A model generated the notes under the pieces. It had not been told where the DNA came from. It was given only the letters and a program-made list of their open reading frames with translations, and did not search any database. A program made the position numbers and the translations under genes. A DNA stretch of 64,000 bases, taken from contig SHYW01000007.1 of the NCBI GenBank assembly GCA_009692615.1, positions 245 through 64,244 of the forward strand, given 5' to 3'. The DNA comes from Deltaproteobacteria bacterium. GTDB lineage: Bacteria; Desulfobacterota; Binatia; UBA9968. Below, one piece after another: positions 20,263 to 30,003 of the stretch (positions within the stretch are counted from its first letter, which is position 1; every line of letters begins with the position of its first letter).

Positions 20263-21063
20263 ATGTCTATCTTAAATCTCCGCAACGTCAACAAAGTCTT
20301 CGGCGAACCTAACAACGGGTCGGCACTGGTTCCCGCCGTCGACAATGTTTCTCTCGACGTCGACGCCGGCGAATTTTTCTCGATCATCGGGCCGTCGGGC
20401 TGCGGCAAGTCGACGCTGCTGCGAATCATCGGCGGCTTGCTTCCCGCCACTTCAGGAGATTTGACCGTCGGCACGGAGAAAGTCACCGGTCCGCATCCTT
20501 GGCTCGGCATGGTGTTTCAAGAAGAGTCGACGTTTCCTTGGCGCACGACGTTGGGCAACGTCGAGTTCGGTCTTGAGATGCGCGGGGTGGCTGTCGAAGA
20601 ACGACGAGCAAAAGCTCGGGCTATGATTGGTCTCGTCGGCTTGTCGGGATTCGAAGAGCGCTATCCGTCAGAGCTGTCCGGCGGCATGAAACAGCGCGTC
20701 GCCATCGCCCGCGCGCTCGTGCTCGAACCGAAGATCCTATTGATGGACGAGCCCTTCGGCGCCCTCGACGAGCAGACGCGCATTATTCTCGGCGAAGAGC
20801 TGATGAAGATTCGCGATCAACTCAAGCAGACGATCATTTTAGTCACGCACAATATCAACGAATCCGTCCAGCTCTCTGACCGGGTCATGATCATGACCGC
20901 ACGGCCGGGGCGCGTGAAAGAAATCGTCGCCATCGACTTGCCCCAGCCGCGCGACTCGTCGATCATCGCGTCGGACCGTTTCGGCAAACTGGTCGGCCAA
21001 GTCTGGGGCGCGCTCCGAGAAGAATCGATCAAGAGTTTTAAACAAACCGAACAAAGACAATAA
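20263..21063 (+). CDS. NitT/TauT-family ABC transporter ATP-binding protein
   Basis: GPSGCGKST, LSGGMKQR, LLMDEPFGALD and VTH. Confidence 0.95.
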   Translation: MSILNLRNVNKVFGEPNNGSALVPAVDNVSLDVDAGEFFSIIGPSGCGKSTLLRIIGGLLPATSGDLTVGTEKVTGPHPWLGMVFQEESTFPWRTTLGNVEFGLEMRGVAVEERRAKARAMIGLVGLSGFEERYPSELSGGMKQRVAIARALVLEPKILLMDEPFGALDEQTRIILGEELMKIRDQLKQTIILVTHNINESVQLSDRVMIMTARPGRVKEIVAIDLPQPRDSSIIASDRFGKLVGQVWGALREESIKSFKQTEQRQ

Positions 21064-21075
21064 GGAGATTCGTCA

Positions 21076-22062
21076 ATGAAAAAGTATCTTGTGTCGGTCG
21101 TATGGGTCCTATGGGTCGTATCGCCCTTCGCTTCTTCAACCTGGGCTGCGGCCGCGCGCACCAAGATCATCGTCGTCGTCCCCCATCGCATCCTCTTCAC
21201 CGTCGCCCTGCCGGTCTACATCGCTCAAGAGAAGGGTTATTACCGGGAAAATAATATCGACGTCGACGCCGTCTTCACCCGCGGCGGCGGCGAAAACGTC
21301 CAAGCGGTCGTCTCCGGCGACGCGCAAATTGGTCTTGGCACCGGTACCCTGGCGGTGATCAGCGCGTTCATCAAGAAGGCGCCGATCAAGATCGCCGCCG
21401 CCGAGATCACCGGCATGGACGCTTTCTGGTATGTCCAGGCCAACACGCCGATGCGCAAACTCGAAGACCTGGCCGGCAAGAAAGTCGCTTACAGCCGGCC
21501 CGGCGCGTCGAGCCACATGGCGGTCTTAGGTATCGCCGACCAAATCAAAGCGAAGGGTTTAAAACCGGCGGAACCGGTCTCCTTGGGCGGCATCCCGGAA
21601 GTCTATACAGCGCTACGGACCGGCCAGACCGACGCTGGATGGTCGGTGGCTCCGTTTCAATTGGATCGCGTCGAGAAGGGCGAGCTGCGCGTCGTCGTCA
21701 AGGGCGATGAGATCGTCGCCATGCGCGAACAGTCCGCCCGCGTCCATTTCACCAACAACGACTTCGCGGCGAAAAATCCCGACGCGGTGCGCGGTTTCTT
21801 CCGCGCCCAGCAGCGCGCCCTCGACTACATGTTCGCCAATAAAGAAGATACCGCGAAAATCTGGATCCGCCGCGCTGAAATGAAATATCCCGAGTCGGCC
21901 GTGCTCGCCACCTGGGACTACTACAACCGCGCCGCGATGAATCTGAAACCGATCCGCGGCCTACAAACGATCATCGACGACGGCATCAGAAACAAATTCC
22001 TGAACGCGCCGCTGACCCAGGCCGAACTCAACGCCCTAGTCGATCTGAGCTTCCTACCGTAG
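21076..22062 (+). CDS. NitT/TauT-family ABC transporter substrate-binding protein
   Basis: Signal peptide; AQEKGYY and DLAGKKVAYSRPGASSH; lies in the operon; AAGGAG RBS. Confidence 0.88.
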   Translation: MKKYLVSVVWVLWVVSPFASSTWAAAARTKIIVVVPHRILFTVALPVYIAQEKGYYRENNIDVDAVFTRGGGENVQAVVSGDAQIGLGTGTLAVISAFIKKAPIKIAAAEITGMDAFWYVQANTPMRKLEDLAGKKVAYSRPGASSHMAVLGIADQIKAKGLKPAEPVSLGGIPEVYTALRTGQTDAGWSVAPFQLDRVEKGELRVVVKGDEIVAMREQSARVHFTNNDFAAKNPDAVRGFFRAQQRALDYMFANKEDTAKIWIRRAEMKYPESAVLATWDYYNRAAMNLKPIRGLQTIIDDGIRNKFLNAPLTQAELNALVDLSFLP

Positions 22063-22088
22063 TAATGGACGGAACAGAATCAAAAGGA

Positions 22089-22152
22089 TTAGCCGCAAAG
22101 AACGCAAAAGCGCAAAAAAATATTTTGCGAACTATGCGTTCTTTGCGGCCAA
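22089..22152. repeat. CGCAAAG-type palindrome between the SBP and permease genes
   Basis: TTAGCCGCAAAGAACGCAAAAGCGCAAAA / TTTTGCGAACTATGCGTTCTTTGCGGCCAA. Confidence 0.8.
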
Positions 22153-22164
22153 CACATCCGAATC

Positions 22165-22911
22165 ATGTCTGAAAGCACAAGACTTGCCGCCTGGCGATTG
22201 GGCATCATCTTCGGCGCACTGGTGATCGTCGAAGCCTCGGTGCGTTCCGGTTGGATCAGCACGTTTTTTCTCGCTGCGCCGACTCGCGCGGTCATCGTCC
22301 TGTGGCAGCAACTGCTACATGGTCACGCACTGGCGCTAACCGGCATCACGCTGTTCGAGATCGCCGCCTGCCTGACGATCTCGACAATTTTCGGCGTGCT
22401 CGCGGGTTTTCTCCTCTGGCGTCACAAACTCATCGGCACCAGCTACGAAATGCCGCTCGCCGCGTTATTCTCCTCGCCGATCATTCTCGCTTACCCGATC
22501 TTTCTCGTCACCTTCGGCCGCACCAGCGCGGCGGTGATCGCGCTGTCGTCGATCTTCGGCTTGATCCCGATCATCATCAACACCAAAGGCGCCTTTCAAA
22601 ACGTCAACCCGATCCTGCTACAAGTCGGCGCCAGCATGAATCTCACCCGCCGGCAGCTGTTCCGCCACATCTTGCTCCCCGCCGTGGCGCCGACGATCTT
22701 TAGCGGCTTTCGCTTGGCGCTCACCTACATTTTGAAATCGGTGCTCGGTTTAGAATACGTCGCCCAGGTCGGCGGCGTCGGCATGTGGCTATCCGATGCG
22801 TCGTACAAATTCGAAGTCGAAGAAGTCTACGCCGGCCTATTCGGCACCATCGCTTTGTCGATTTTGTTTCTTTATCTGATCAACCGAGGCGAAAATTGGT
22901 TTCGTAAATAG
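22165..22911 (+). CDS. NitT/TauT-family ABC permease
   Basis: Multiple TM helices; EAA-like loop ..GASMNLTRRQLFRHILLP. Confidence 0.88.
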   Translation: MSESTRLAAWRLGIIFGALVIVEASVRSGWISTFFLAAPTRAVIVLWQQLLHGHALALTGITLFEIAACLTISTIFGVLAGFLLWRHKLIGTSYEMPLAALFSSPIILAYPIFLVTFGRTSAAVIALSSIFGLIPIIINTKGAFQNVNPILLQVGASMNLTRRQLFRHILLPAVAPTIFSGFRLALTYILKSVLGLEYVAQVGGVGMWLSDASYKFEVEEVYAGLFGTIALSILFLYLINRGENWFRK

Positions 22912-22913
22912 TC

Positions 22914-23729
22914 ATGGCAACCGCGCAATCCAATCGCTCACCTCTCGCCACGACATTCCACACGCCGTTGGCCGTGCAAATTCTCACGCTCCTCGGCGTC
23001 ATCGCCGTCTGGGAAGTCATCGGCCGTACCGACTTGCTGTTTCCCGATCTTTTTCCTTCGATCATAGAAATTCTCCAATCGCTGTGGACCTACGTCACCA
23101 CACCGGTGATGATCCCGCATATCAAAGCCAGCCTCTACGAAGTCGGCGGCGCCATCGCCATCGCCGCGCTCGCCGGCGTGCCACTGGGAATTTTGTGGGG
23201 CAGCAAACACAGTTGGCTGGAAATCGTCGAGCCACTGATTCTCTACGCCGCGGTGGTGCCCAAGATCGTCATCTTTCCGGTATTCATTTTGTTTCTCGGC
23301 ATCGACGTGTATTCAAAACTCGCCGTCGGCGCCATCGCCGCGTTCTTTCCAATCTCGCTTTTGACCATCGCCGGCATGCGCGAGGTAAAAAAAGTCTACG
23401 TCGACGTCGCCCGCACCATCGGCGCCAGCCCGTGGCAGATAGCTAAAAATGTTTATCTCCCAGCCATCGCTGGCCAAGTCTTCACCGGCATCCGAATCGG
23501 CCTCGGCGCCGCCGTCACCGGCGCGCTGTTGGCGGAAACCAAAATCGCCAAAGCCGGCTTGGGCTTCATGATCGTCGAGTACTACGGCCAGTTCCGCATC
23601 GCCGACATGTACGCGCTGCTGCTGTTCATCTTCATCCTCGCATCGCTCGCCAATTGGGCGATGAAATCACTTTTCGGCTGGCTCTCGCCAATCTCCCGCC
23701 GCGGCGGCGACGCCGGAATGTACTTTTAG
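22914..23729 (+). CDS. NitT/TauT-family ABC permease
   Basis: Multiple TM helices; DVARTIGASPWQI..VYLP. Confidence 0.88.
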   Translation: MATAQSNRSPLATTFHTPLAVQILTLLGVIAVWEVIGRTDLLFPDLFPSIIEILQSLWTYVTTPVMIPHIKASLYEVGGAIAIAALAGVPLGILWGSKHSWLEIVEPLILYAAVVPKIVIFPVFILFLGIDVYSKLAVGAIAAFFPISLLTIAGMREVKKVYVDVARTIGASPWQIAKNVYLPAIAGQVFTGIRIGLGAAVTGALLAETKIAKAGLGFMIVEYYGQFRIADMYALLLFIFILASLANWAMKSLFGWLSPISRRGGDAGMYF

Positions 23730-23786
23730 CCTTGCGCTCGCAACACCCCAAGTGAAAATCATCGTCACCGCCAAACGCACCAAGCC

Positions 23787-23829
23787 GTAGGGGCAAGGCA
23801 TGCCTTGCCCTTCCGAACCCTTCGTGGTG
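23787..23829. repeat. GTAG-type REP plus CTTCGTGGTG half-repeat
   Basis: GTAGGGGCAAGGCATGCCTTGCCCT; a near-identical inverted copy lies at 26843-26867. Confidence 0.8.
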
Positions 23830-23866
23830 TAAGATTCATTGCGCAGAAAAGTGAAACGCGACTGTC

Positions 23867-24631
23867 ATGCGAAAATTACTCATCTGGCTGCGGAAAGTTT
23901 TAGGCACCACCCAACTGGCCCGGCTGTTCTACCGCCACTTGCCGTCGGCCAAACGCTGCAAAGAATGCATGGTGCCGTTCCTCGGTCTGTTCGCGCTGCC
24001 GTTTCGCTTGCTGCAGATCCGCCCGTCGCGCAAAAATCCTCATCTGTGCACGCTTTGATACGAGCTCGCTCCTCCGGGCGGGGAGACTAAAAACATCTCG
24101 GTGCTGTTCGTCGACGTGCGCGGCTTCACTTCACTCGTGGAACAAATGAATCCCGCCGATGTCGCTATTCGGTTGAACCGCTTTTATGACATCGCCACCC
24201 AGGCGATCTTTCGCCACGACGGCACGCTCGACAAATTGGTCGGCGATGAAGTGATGGCCTTTTTCGGCGCGCCGTTGAACTGGCAGGATCATCCCCAGCG
24301 CGCCGTACAAACCGCATTGGATATCATGCGCGAAGTCGCGGCGATGGCCGAGAAAGACCGGCTCCAAATCGGTATCGGTATCAACAGCGGCGAAGCTTTC
24401 GTCGGCAACGTCGGCGCCGAGGGCTTCACCGACTACACCGTGCTCGGCGACACCGTCAACGTCGCGGCGCGCTTGCAAGGCGCCGCCGCGCCCGGAGAGA
24501 TTTTGCTATCCGAGGAAACTTACCGTCCCAGCGCCGATAAATTTCCCGCTGCGCGTCGGCGTGAACTCGATCTCAAAGGCAAAAGCGATAGGGTGATCGC
24601 CTGGGAAATCGTCGGTCGATCCAATGATTGA
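23867..24631 (+). CDS. Class III adenylyl cyclase with N-terminal CxxC...CxxU domain; probable selenoprotein (in-frame UGA at 24056-24058), 254 aa with readthrough
   Basis: ORFs 23867-24058 and 24101-24631 share a frame: ..RCKEC..NPHLCTL(UGA)YELAPPGGETKNISVLFVDVRGFT..DKLVGDEVM..YTVLGDTVNVAARL. The cyclase call is solid; recoding is inferred. Confidence 0.78.
24059..24100 (+). promoter_or_regulatory. Putative bacterial SECIS hairpin
   Basis: CTCCTC(24069-74)/GGGGAG(24080-85) stem with CGGGC loop; first loop G is 18 nt after UGA; possible lower stem CGAG(24061-64)/CTCG(24097-100). Confidence 0.6.
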
Positions 24632-24687
24632 CAGCCACGCATCGCCTCAACTAGAGTTGAGCGATCAAAACGAAATCGGAGTAGACC

Positions 24688-25788
24688 ATGGCCAACACTA
24701 AGAAAAACATGATCGTCGACGCCGATGCCCACGTCGTCGAATGCGCCCGCACTTGGGACTTCATGGACAAGTCGGAGCAGCAGTATCGACCCCAAGCGCT
24801 GGAGGCGCGCGAAGAAGCCGGCGTGCGCCAGCAGTTTTGGCTCATCGACGGCAAAGTGCGCGGCTTTCGTTTCGCGGCTTTTTCCGAGGAAGAATTGGCC
24901 AAGCGCCAGCAACAAGTAGGCCGCAAATTCTCCGAGCCCCAAGCCTCCCGCGAACTCGGCAACGTCGATCTGCGCTTGGAATATATGGACGCCACCGGCG
25001 TCGACGTGCAGGTGCTGCACAATACGATTTTCATCGAGTCCTGCGCCGACCGTCCCGCCGCCGATGTCGCGCTGTGCAAAAGCTGGAACCGCTGGCTCGC
25101 CGACATTTGGAAACAAAGTAACGATCGCTTGCGCTGGTCGTGTATGCCGCCGCTGCTGAGCATGAGCGACGCTTTGGATCAAATCCGCTGGTCCAAAGAG
25201 AATGGCGCCGTCGCCGTCTGCTTGCGTCCGGTGGAAGGCAATCGTCTGCTCGCCGATCCCTATTTTTATCCGCTCTATGACGAAGCGCAGAAACTCGATA
25301 TGGCGATCGCCATTCACATCGCCAACGGCAGCCCGTGGTTAAACGATCTCTACAATCATCCGACCCGCATCGCCGCCACTTTGCACCGTTTCCGCGTACC
25401 CACCGTGGCCTCGTTCAACGACATTCTGCTGAGTGAAATCCATGAGCAGTTTCCCAAGCTGCGCTTCGGCTTCATCGAAGCCAGCGCCCAGTGGGTGCCG
25501 TGGGTAATGCACGAAGCCAAGAACCGTTTCAAAACCATGGGCCGCAAAATGCCTGACAACTTGCTCAAAGAGTACGGCATGTTCGTCACCTGCGAAAACT
25601 CCGATGACATCCCTTACATCGTGCGCGAAGCGGGGGAGGACAGTCTGGTCATCGGCACCGACTACGGTCACACCGATATCTCCAGCGATGTTGACGCGAT
25701 TAAAATTTTTCGCCAGCGCGACGACCTGACGGCGGAGGTCAAGCAGAAAATTTTGAGCGACAACTCCCGCGCGCTTTACGCTTTGTGA
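24688..25788 (+). CDS. Amidohydrolase family protein (Amidohydro_2)
   Basis: VDADAH, MDATGVDVQVL, IHIANG, FIEAS and GTDYGHTD; GGAG RBS. Confidence 0.88.
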   Translation: MANTKKNMIVDADAHVVECARTWDFMDKSEQQYRPQALEAREEAGVRQQFWLIDGKVRGFRFAAFSEEELAKRQQQVGRKFSEPQASRELGNVDLRLEYMDATGVDVQVLHNTIFIESCADRPAADVALCKSWNRWLADIWKQSNDRLRWSCMPPLLSMSDALDQIRWSKENGAVAVCLRPVEGNRLLADPYFYPLYDEAQKLDMAIAIHIANGSPWLNDLYNHPTRIAATLHRFRVPTVASFNDILLSEIHEQFPKLRFGFIEASAQWVPWVMHEAKNRFKTMGRKMPDNLLKEYGMFVTCENSDDIPYIVREAGEDSLVIGTDYGHTDISSDVDAIKIFRQRDDLTAEVKQKILSDNSRALYAL

Positions 25789-25801
25789 TCACGATCCGAC
25801 G

Positions 25802-26788
25802 GTGAAATTGAAAACGATGCGCCACATCGTTTTTTGCCTGTTACTCCTGATCTGCTTCGCTGCGCCGGACAATTGCACCGCACAACCGGCAGCTAAGAAA
25901 GTCCGCCTCGGCATCCAGTCAAGCAACATCGGCTTTCTGCCCTTTCACCTCGCCTATCATAAGGGCTTTTTCCGTGAGCAGGGCATCGATCTCGAAACCA
26001 TTTTCATGGCGACCCAGGCGGTCAACGCGGCGTTCGTGCGCGGCGACATCGATTACAGCGCCGCTATTAACGGCGTGATTCAGGGCGTCCTGCGCGGCAA
26101 CCCGGCGAAGATTCTCGCCTGCGCCATCGATCGGCCGTTGATCTCGCTGATCGCCCGCAAAGACATCCGCGGCCCGCAAGATCTCAAGGGTAAAAAAATC
26201 GGCGGCAGCACACCCGGCGGCACCGCGAGCTTGATGGCCGACACGGCGCTCAAGCATCTCGGCTTTCAAGCCGGACGCGACGTGACCGTCGTGCCGCTGC
26301 GCGACAACCGCCTCGCCGCGCTGGAATCCGGCGTCGTCGACGCCGCCTTGCTCGGCGTGCCGGACAATATTATCGCCGTCGACCGCGGTTATAACGAGCT
26401 GTTGTTCGTCGGCGACATCGTTAATTTTCCCCAGAACGCCATCGGCGCTTCGGCCAAGAAGATTCAAGAAAACCCCGACGAAGTTTACGCCATGGTGCGG
26501 GGCGCCCTGCGCGCGCTGATTTTCGTGTTGGAACCGCGTAACCGCGACGAAGTGATCAACATTATCGTCAAGCAATGGAAGCTCGCCGACAAACGCGTCG
26601 CCACGGAAATGCTGCGCCAATTCAATCGCGGCATGGCCCGCGACCTGATGGCCAAACCCGAAGGCATGCAGCTGATGATCGACTTAGTCAGAGAAGATTC
26701 CAAAGTCAGCCAACCGTTTACGATTCCCCAAGTCGTCGATTACAGTTTTCTCGAAAAAGCCCGCCGCGATCTGGGCGCGAGCCGGTGA
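25802..26788 (+). CDS. ABC substrate-binding protein, NMT1/SsuA-like, orphan
   Basis: Signal peptide; KGFFREQGIDLE and DLKGKKIGGSTPGG; start may be 25817. Confidence 0.85.
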   Translation: MKLKTMRHIVFCLLLLICFAAPDNCTAQPAAKKVRLGIQSSNIGFLPFHLAYHKGFFREQGIDLETIFMATQAVNAAFVRGDIDYSAAINGVIQGVLRGNPAKILACAIDRPLISLIARKDIRGPQDLKGKKIGGSTPGGTASLMADTALKHLGFQAGRDVTVVPLRDNRLAALESGVVDAALLGVPDNIIAVDRGYNELLFVGDIVNFPQNAIGASAKKIQENPDEVYAMVRGALRALIFVLEPRNRDEVINIIVKQWKLADKRVATEMLRQFNRGMARDLMAKPEGMQLMIDLVREDSKVSQPFTIPQVVDYSFLEKARRDLGASR

Positions 26789-26810
26789 CGCGGTCAAAGA
26801 GAAATCCCAA

Positions 26811-26963
26811 TTCACCGCGAAGTCACGAAGGGCACGGCAAAAAGGGCAAGGCACGCCTTGCCCCTACAAGTCCTAAATCCTTTTTGCGTTCTTTGCGTTC
26901 TTTGCGGTTAATACTCCGATGCCCGTTCTTCTCCTCTGTGATCTCTGTGGCCTCTGTGGGGAA
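26811..26963. repeat. Four-part REP mosaic
   Basis: TTCACCGCGAAGTCACGAAGGGCAC + AGGGCAAGGCACGCCTTGCCCCTAC + TTTGCGTTCTTTGCGTTCTTTGCGG + CTCTGTGATCTCTGTGGCCTCTGTGG. Confidence 0.8.
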
Positions 26964-27030
26964 ATCTCGTCGCAGCTTTGCCGCTCCTAGCGGATTATGT
27001 TACAGCCATAACCACTGACAGGAGCGAGCC

Positions 27031-28044
27031 GTGCACTTTTATATCAATATTCTCACGACCTATTTCCCCGACATAGATCCGCCCTACGATGTTTACTACC
27101 AACAGATTCTCGAACAGATCGAACTCGCCGAAGAGCTCGGCTGGGAATGTTTCATGTTCAACGAACATCACTTTCTCGGCTACGGCGGCCTGGTGGCTAA
27201 TCCCGCGGTGCTTTTGGCGACCGCGGCGGCGCGCACGAAAACAATTCGTTTAGGCCCATGCATCGCGATCCTGCCGCTGCGCCATCCGCTCAATACCGCC
27301 GAAGACTACGCCATGGTCGATGCGATTTCCGGCGGCCGCTTGGATTTCGGCGTCGGCTCGGGGAATACTGAAATGGATTACCGTGTCTTTGGCGTCAGCC
27401 GCGACAACGACCGCGAGCGCGCGGCGGAAGCGCTGGAAGTGATTTTAAAAGTTTGGTCCAACCAACGCGCCAGTCATCAAGGCAAGTTTTGGCAATTCGA
27501 AGAACTGTCGCTCTTTCCGCGTCCCGTGCAACAACCCCACCCACCGATCTGGGTCGCCGGCACTTCGGCGGCGGGTTTAGGTTGGGCCGGTCATCAGGGT
27601 TATCACATCATGACCGTCGGCCATCCCCATCCGCCGGAAAGAGTCGCTCCGGGAGTCGCAGCGTGGAAACAAGGACTGATCGAAGCCGGCATCGATCCCA
27701 AAGAACGCCATTGCCAGTTTCACGTGCGCACCCATGTCAACGAAAGCGCGGCGCGCGCCAGGGAGATCGGCATGGCAGCGGTCGCCCGCTATGACGAAAT
27801 CTCGCGCATCGGCCGCCGTTCATTGACCGCCGCGCCGGCGCAATACGATTGGGAAATGATGCTGGCGACTGGAAGAAATAACTACGGCACACCGGAGCAA
27901 GTCATTGAGGGCGTACATAACGCCGCCAAGCACTACTATTTCGATACGCTGACAACGACTTTCAATTACGGCGGCATCCCGCATAGCGAGATTTTAAAAT
28001 CCATGTGCCTGTTCGCAAAAGAAGTGATGCCGGCGCTGCGTTAA
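27031..28044 (+). CDS. LLM-class flavin-dependent oxidoreductase
   Basis: AEELGW..NEHHF, AEDYAMVDAISGGRLDFGVGSG and PVQQPHPPIW; AGGAG RBS before the GTG start. Confidence 0.9.
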   Translation: MHFYINILTTYFPDIDPPYDVYYQQILEQIELAEELGWECFMFNEHHFLGYGGLVANPAVLLATAAARTKTIRLGPCIAILPLRHPLNTAEDYAMVDAISGGRLDFGVGSGNTEMDYRVFGVSRDNDRERAAEALEVILKVWSNQRASHQGKFWQFEELSLFPRPVQQPHPPIWVAGTSAAGLGWAGHQGYHIMTVGHPHPPERVAPGVAAWKQGLIEAGIDPKERHCQFHVRTHVNESAARAREIGMAAVARYDEISRIGRRSLTAAPAQYDWEMMLATGRNNYGTPEQVIEGVHNAAKHYYFDTLTTTFNYGGIPHSEILKSMCLFAKEVMPALR

Positions 28045-28064
28045 AGGCGAGCGCAACGCGAGAA

Positions 28065-28526
28065 TTATTTTTCCAGGTTCGCAGCTTCGCTAGGCGCGAC
28101 GACTTCGAGTTTCACCTGGGCCATGCCGGAACCAAAAAAGCCTAGCTCCCGCGCCGCTTTCGGCGTGACATCGATGACGCGGCTTTTTTGCACTGGACCG
28201 CGGTCGTTGACGCGCACGATCACGCTGCGTTGGTTGCGTAGATTGATCACCCGCACCAAGGTGCCGAAGGGCAGCGTGCGGTGCGCCGCGGTGAGCGCAT
28301 TTTGATTGAAAGTTTCGCCGTTGGCCGTGCGCCGGCCGTGAAAGGCCGAATGATAGTAGCTCGCCAAACCAGCGGCCGCCGGCTTCACGGGCGCAAGCGG
28401 CACACTCGGCTCGTCGACCGGCGGTAGCGTCGGTTCCTCGTCGCTCACTTCTTGCGCATGAACGACTTGAGAAACTACCAGTGTCACAGTCAGCAGTAAG
28501 AAAATGACCCTTTGGATGAACCCCAT
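28065..28526 (-). CDS. rlpA: Septal ring lytic transglycosylase RlpA family (DPBB domain only)
   Basis: GLASYY..FHGRRTANGE, LTAAHRTLPFGT and VRVNDRGP; no SPOR domain. Confidence 0.88.
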   Translation of the reverse strand: MGFIQRVIFLLLTVTLVVSQVVHAQEVSDEEPTLPPVDEPSVPLAPVKPAAAGLASYYHSAFHGRRTANGETFNQNALTAAHRTLPFGTLVRVINLRNQRSVIVRVNDRGPVQKSRVIDVTPKAARELGFFGSGMAQVKLEVVAPSEAANLEK

Positions 28527-28692
28527 TGGGCCATTCTAGTCCATCGCTAAAGCGCTCGGCTAGAGCTACAGCGTAAAAAATCGCTCAACGAACGGATTTT
28601 CGCGAGCATGCTTGACGCGGCGAATACATGGGCTATGCTGCGCGGCAATACGCTAAGAATCGCCTAAAGAAATTAACCCGATAGGAGTAACC

Positions 28693-29754
28693 ATGAACGT
28701 TCGCATCTATTCGCCGCGCAGGCGCGCAGTCCTTACCACCGCCGCGCTGATTCTAGCTCTAGTCAGCGTCATTATTTCAACCGCCAGCGCCCGCGCCGCC
28801 AGCGCGCTGGCCAAGAGCGAATCGCTCGCCGAGATTTATGAAAGAGCCAAGAAGGAAGGCCAGCTGACGATCTACGCGGCGCTGTCGGCCAATTCCATCG
28901 ACGTCATTTTCGCCGCCTTCAGAAAAAGATTTCCCGGCGTCACCATCGACCACATCGATCTCACCGGCGACAAACTGATCGCGCGCATCGTCACCGAAGC
29001 GCGCGGCGGCCGCGTGCTCGCCGACGTGTTCGGCTCGGCGTTGCCTTACACCATGCAGATCACGGAGCAGAAAATGCTCGAGCCTTTGGCGATCCCCGAG
29101 ATGGCCGCCTATCCGGCGTCGTTGAAGAGCGATTTCTGGTTCGCCACCGACACGCAATTTTTTATCACCGGCTGGAATACCAATTTAGTCAAGAAAGGCG
29201 ACGAGCCGAAGAATTTCGAAGACCTCGCCAATCCCAAGTGGAAAGATAAACTGATGGGCGAGTCGCGCGACTTCCAGCTGCTCGTCGGCCTCGCCAAGGG
29301 CAAATATAAAAATGACGACAAGGCGCTCGACTTGATCAAGCGCATCGCTTTGAACCAACCGGAGTTCCATCGCGGCCATTCGCAGTTGGCGGAATTTTTA
29401 GTCGCCGGCCAGAGCGCGGTGTGCTTCACCTGCTACGCGCACCACTTTCCGCCGCGGGTGAAAAAAGGCGCGCCCGTGCAAGCGTTGCTGAGCGAAGGCG
29501 TCGGTGAGATCGGCGGCAGCGTCGGCATCTTGAAAGGCGCGCCCCATCCTGCGGCGGCGCTGCTTTGGGCCCGCTGGGTGGCCAGCGAAGAAGGTCAGCG
29601 CGTCTATGCGCAAGCCGGCGAGACGCCCGCCCATCCCAAGGTCGAACCGGTCGAAAAAATACGCCCGGCGAGCGCCTACATGCTTTCCCAAGACGACGTC
29701 AAAGAATTTCCCAGGTACGAAAAACTTTGGAAAGAAGTATTTCAAATCCGCTAG
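28693..29754 (+). CDS. Extracellular solute-binding protein (Fe3+/thiamine-like), orphan
   Basis: AKKEGQLTIY, WNT.LV...PKNFEDLANPKWK and APHPAAALLW; AGGAG RBS. Confidence 0.85.
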   Translation: MNVRIYSPRRRAVLTTAALILALVSVIISTASARAASALAKSESLAEIYERAKKEGQLTIYAALSANSIDVIFAAFRKRFPGVTIDHIDLTGDKLIARIVTEARGGRVLADVFGSALPYTMQITEQKMLEPLAIPEMAAYPASLKSDFWFATDTQFFITGWNTNLVKKGDEPKNFEDLANPKWKDKLMGESRDFQLLVGLAKGKYKNDDKALDLIKRIALNQPEFHRGHSQLAEFLVAGQSAVCFTCYAHHFPPRVKKGAPVQALLSEGVGEIGGSVGILKGAPHPAAALLWARWVASEEGQRVYAQAGETPAHPKVEPVEKIRPASAYMLSQDDVKEFPRYEKLWKEVFQIR

Positions 29755-30003
29755 TCCACTCTGCGGCAGCGCCGGTTGCTACATCGGCAATGCGGCGCTG
29801 CCCATGAAATTTTTCCTTCGGTATCTTTTTCCACTCCGCCACCAGCGTGAGCGCGTCGGGTAAATTACGGCTCGACGCGTTAGTGATAGTATTGGCGGCT
29901 CTCTGACAGCCGCAGGAAATAAACGAAACCCGATTTGCGTTGACGGCGATGCACCGATCACTTAGAATTTATTCAAGACCGCGGTTAATATAGGAGTATT
30001 GGT

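Noticed and set aside
24101..24631. Stand-alone 176-aa cyclase starting at GTG 24101, with a separate 63-aa upstream peptide
   Set aside because: The start truncates the first catalytic beta strand, and the upstream ORF is in frame and ends at a CxxU position. A single recoded gene fits better, though a nonsense pseudogene is not excluded.
29804..29913. 19-codon ORF and GCGGCT/AGCCGC hairpin upstream of the GGDEF gene as a leader peptide or riboswitch
   Set aside because: No RBS, no recognisable aptamer consensus and no U tract; insufficient support.
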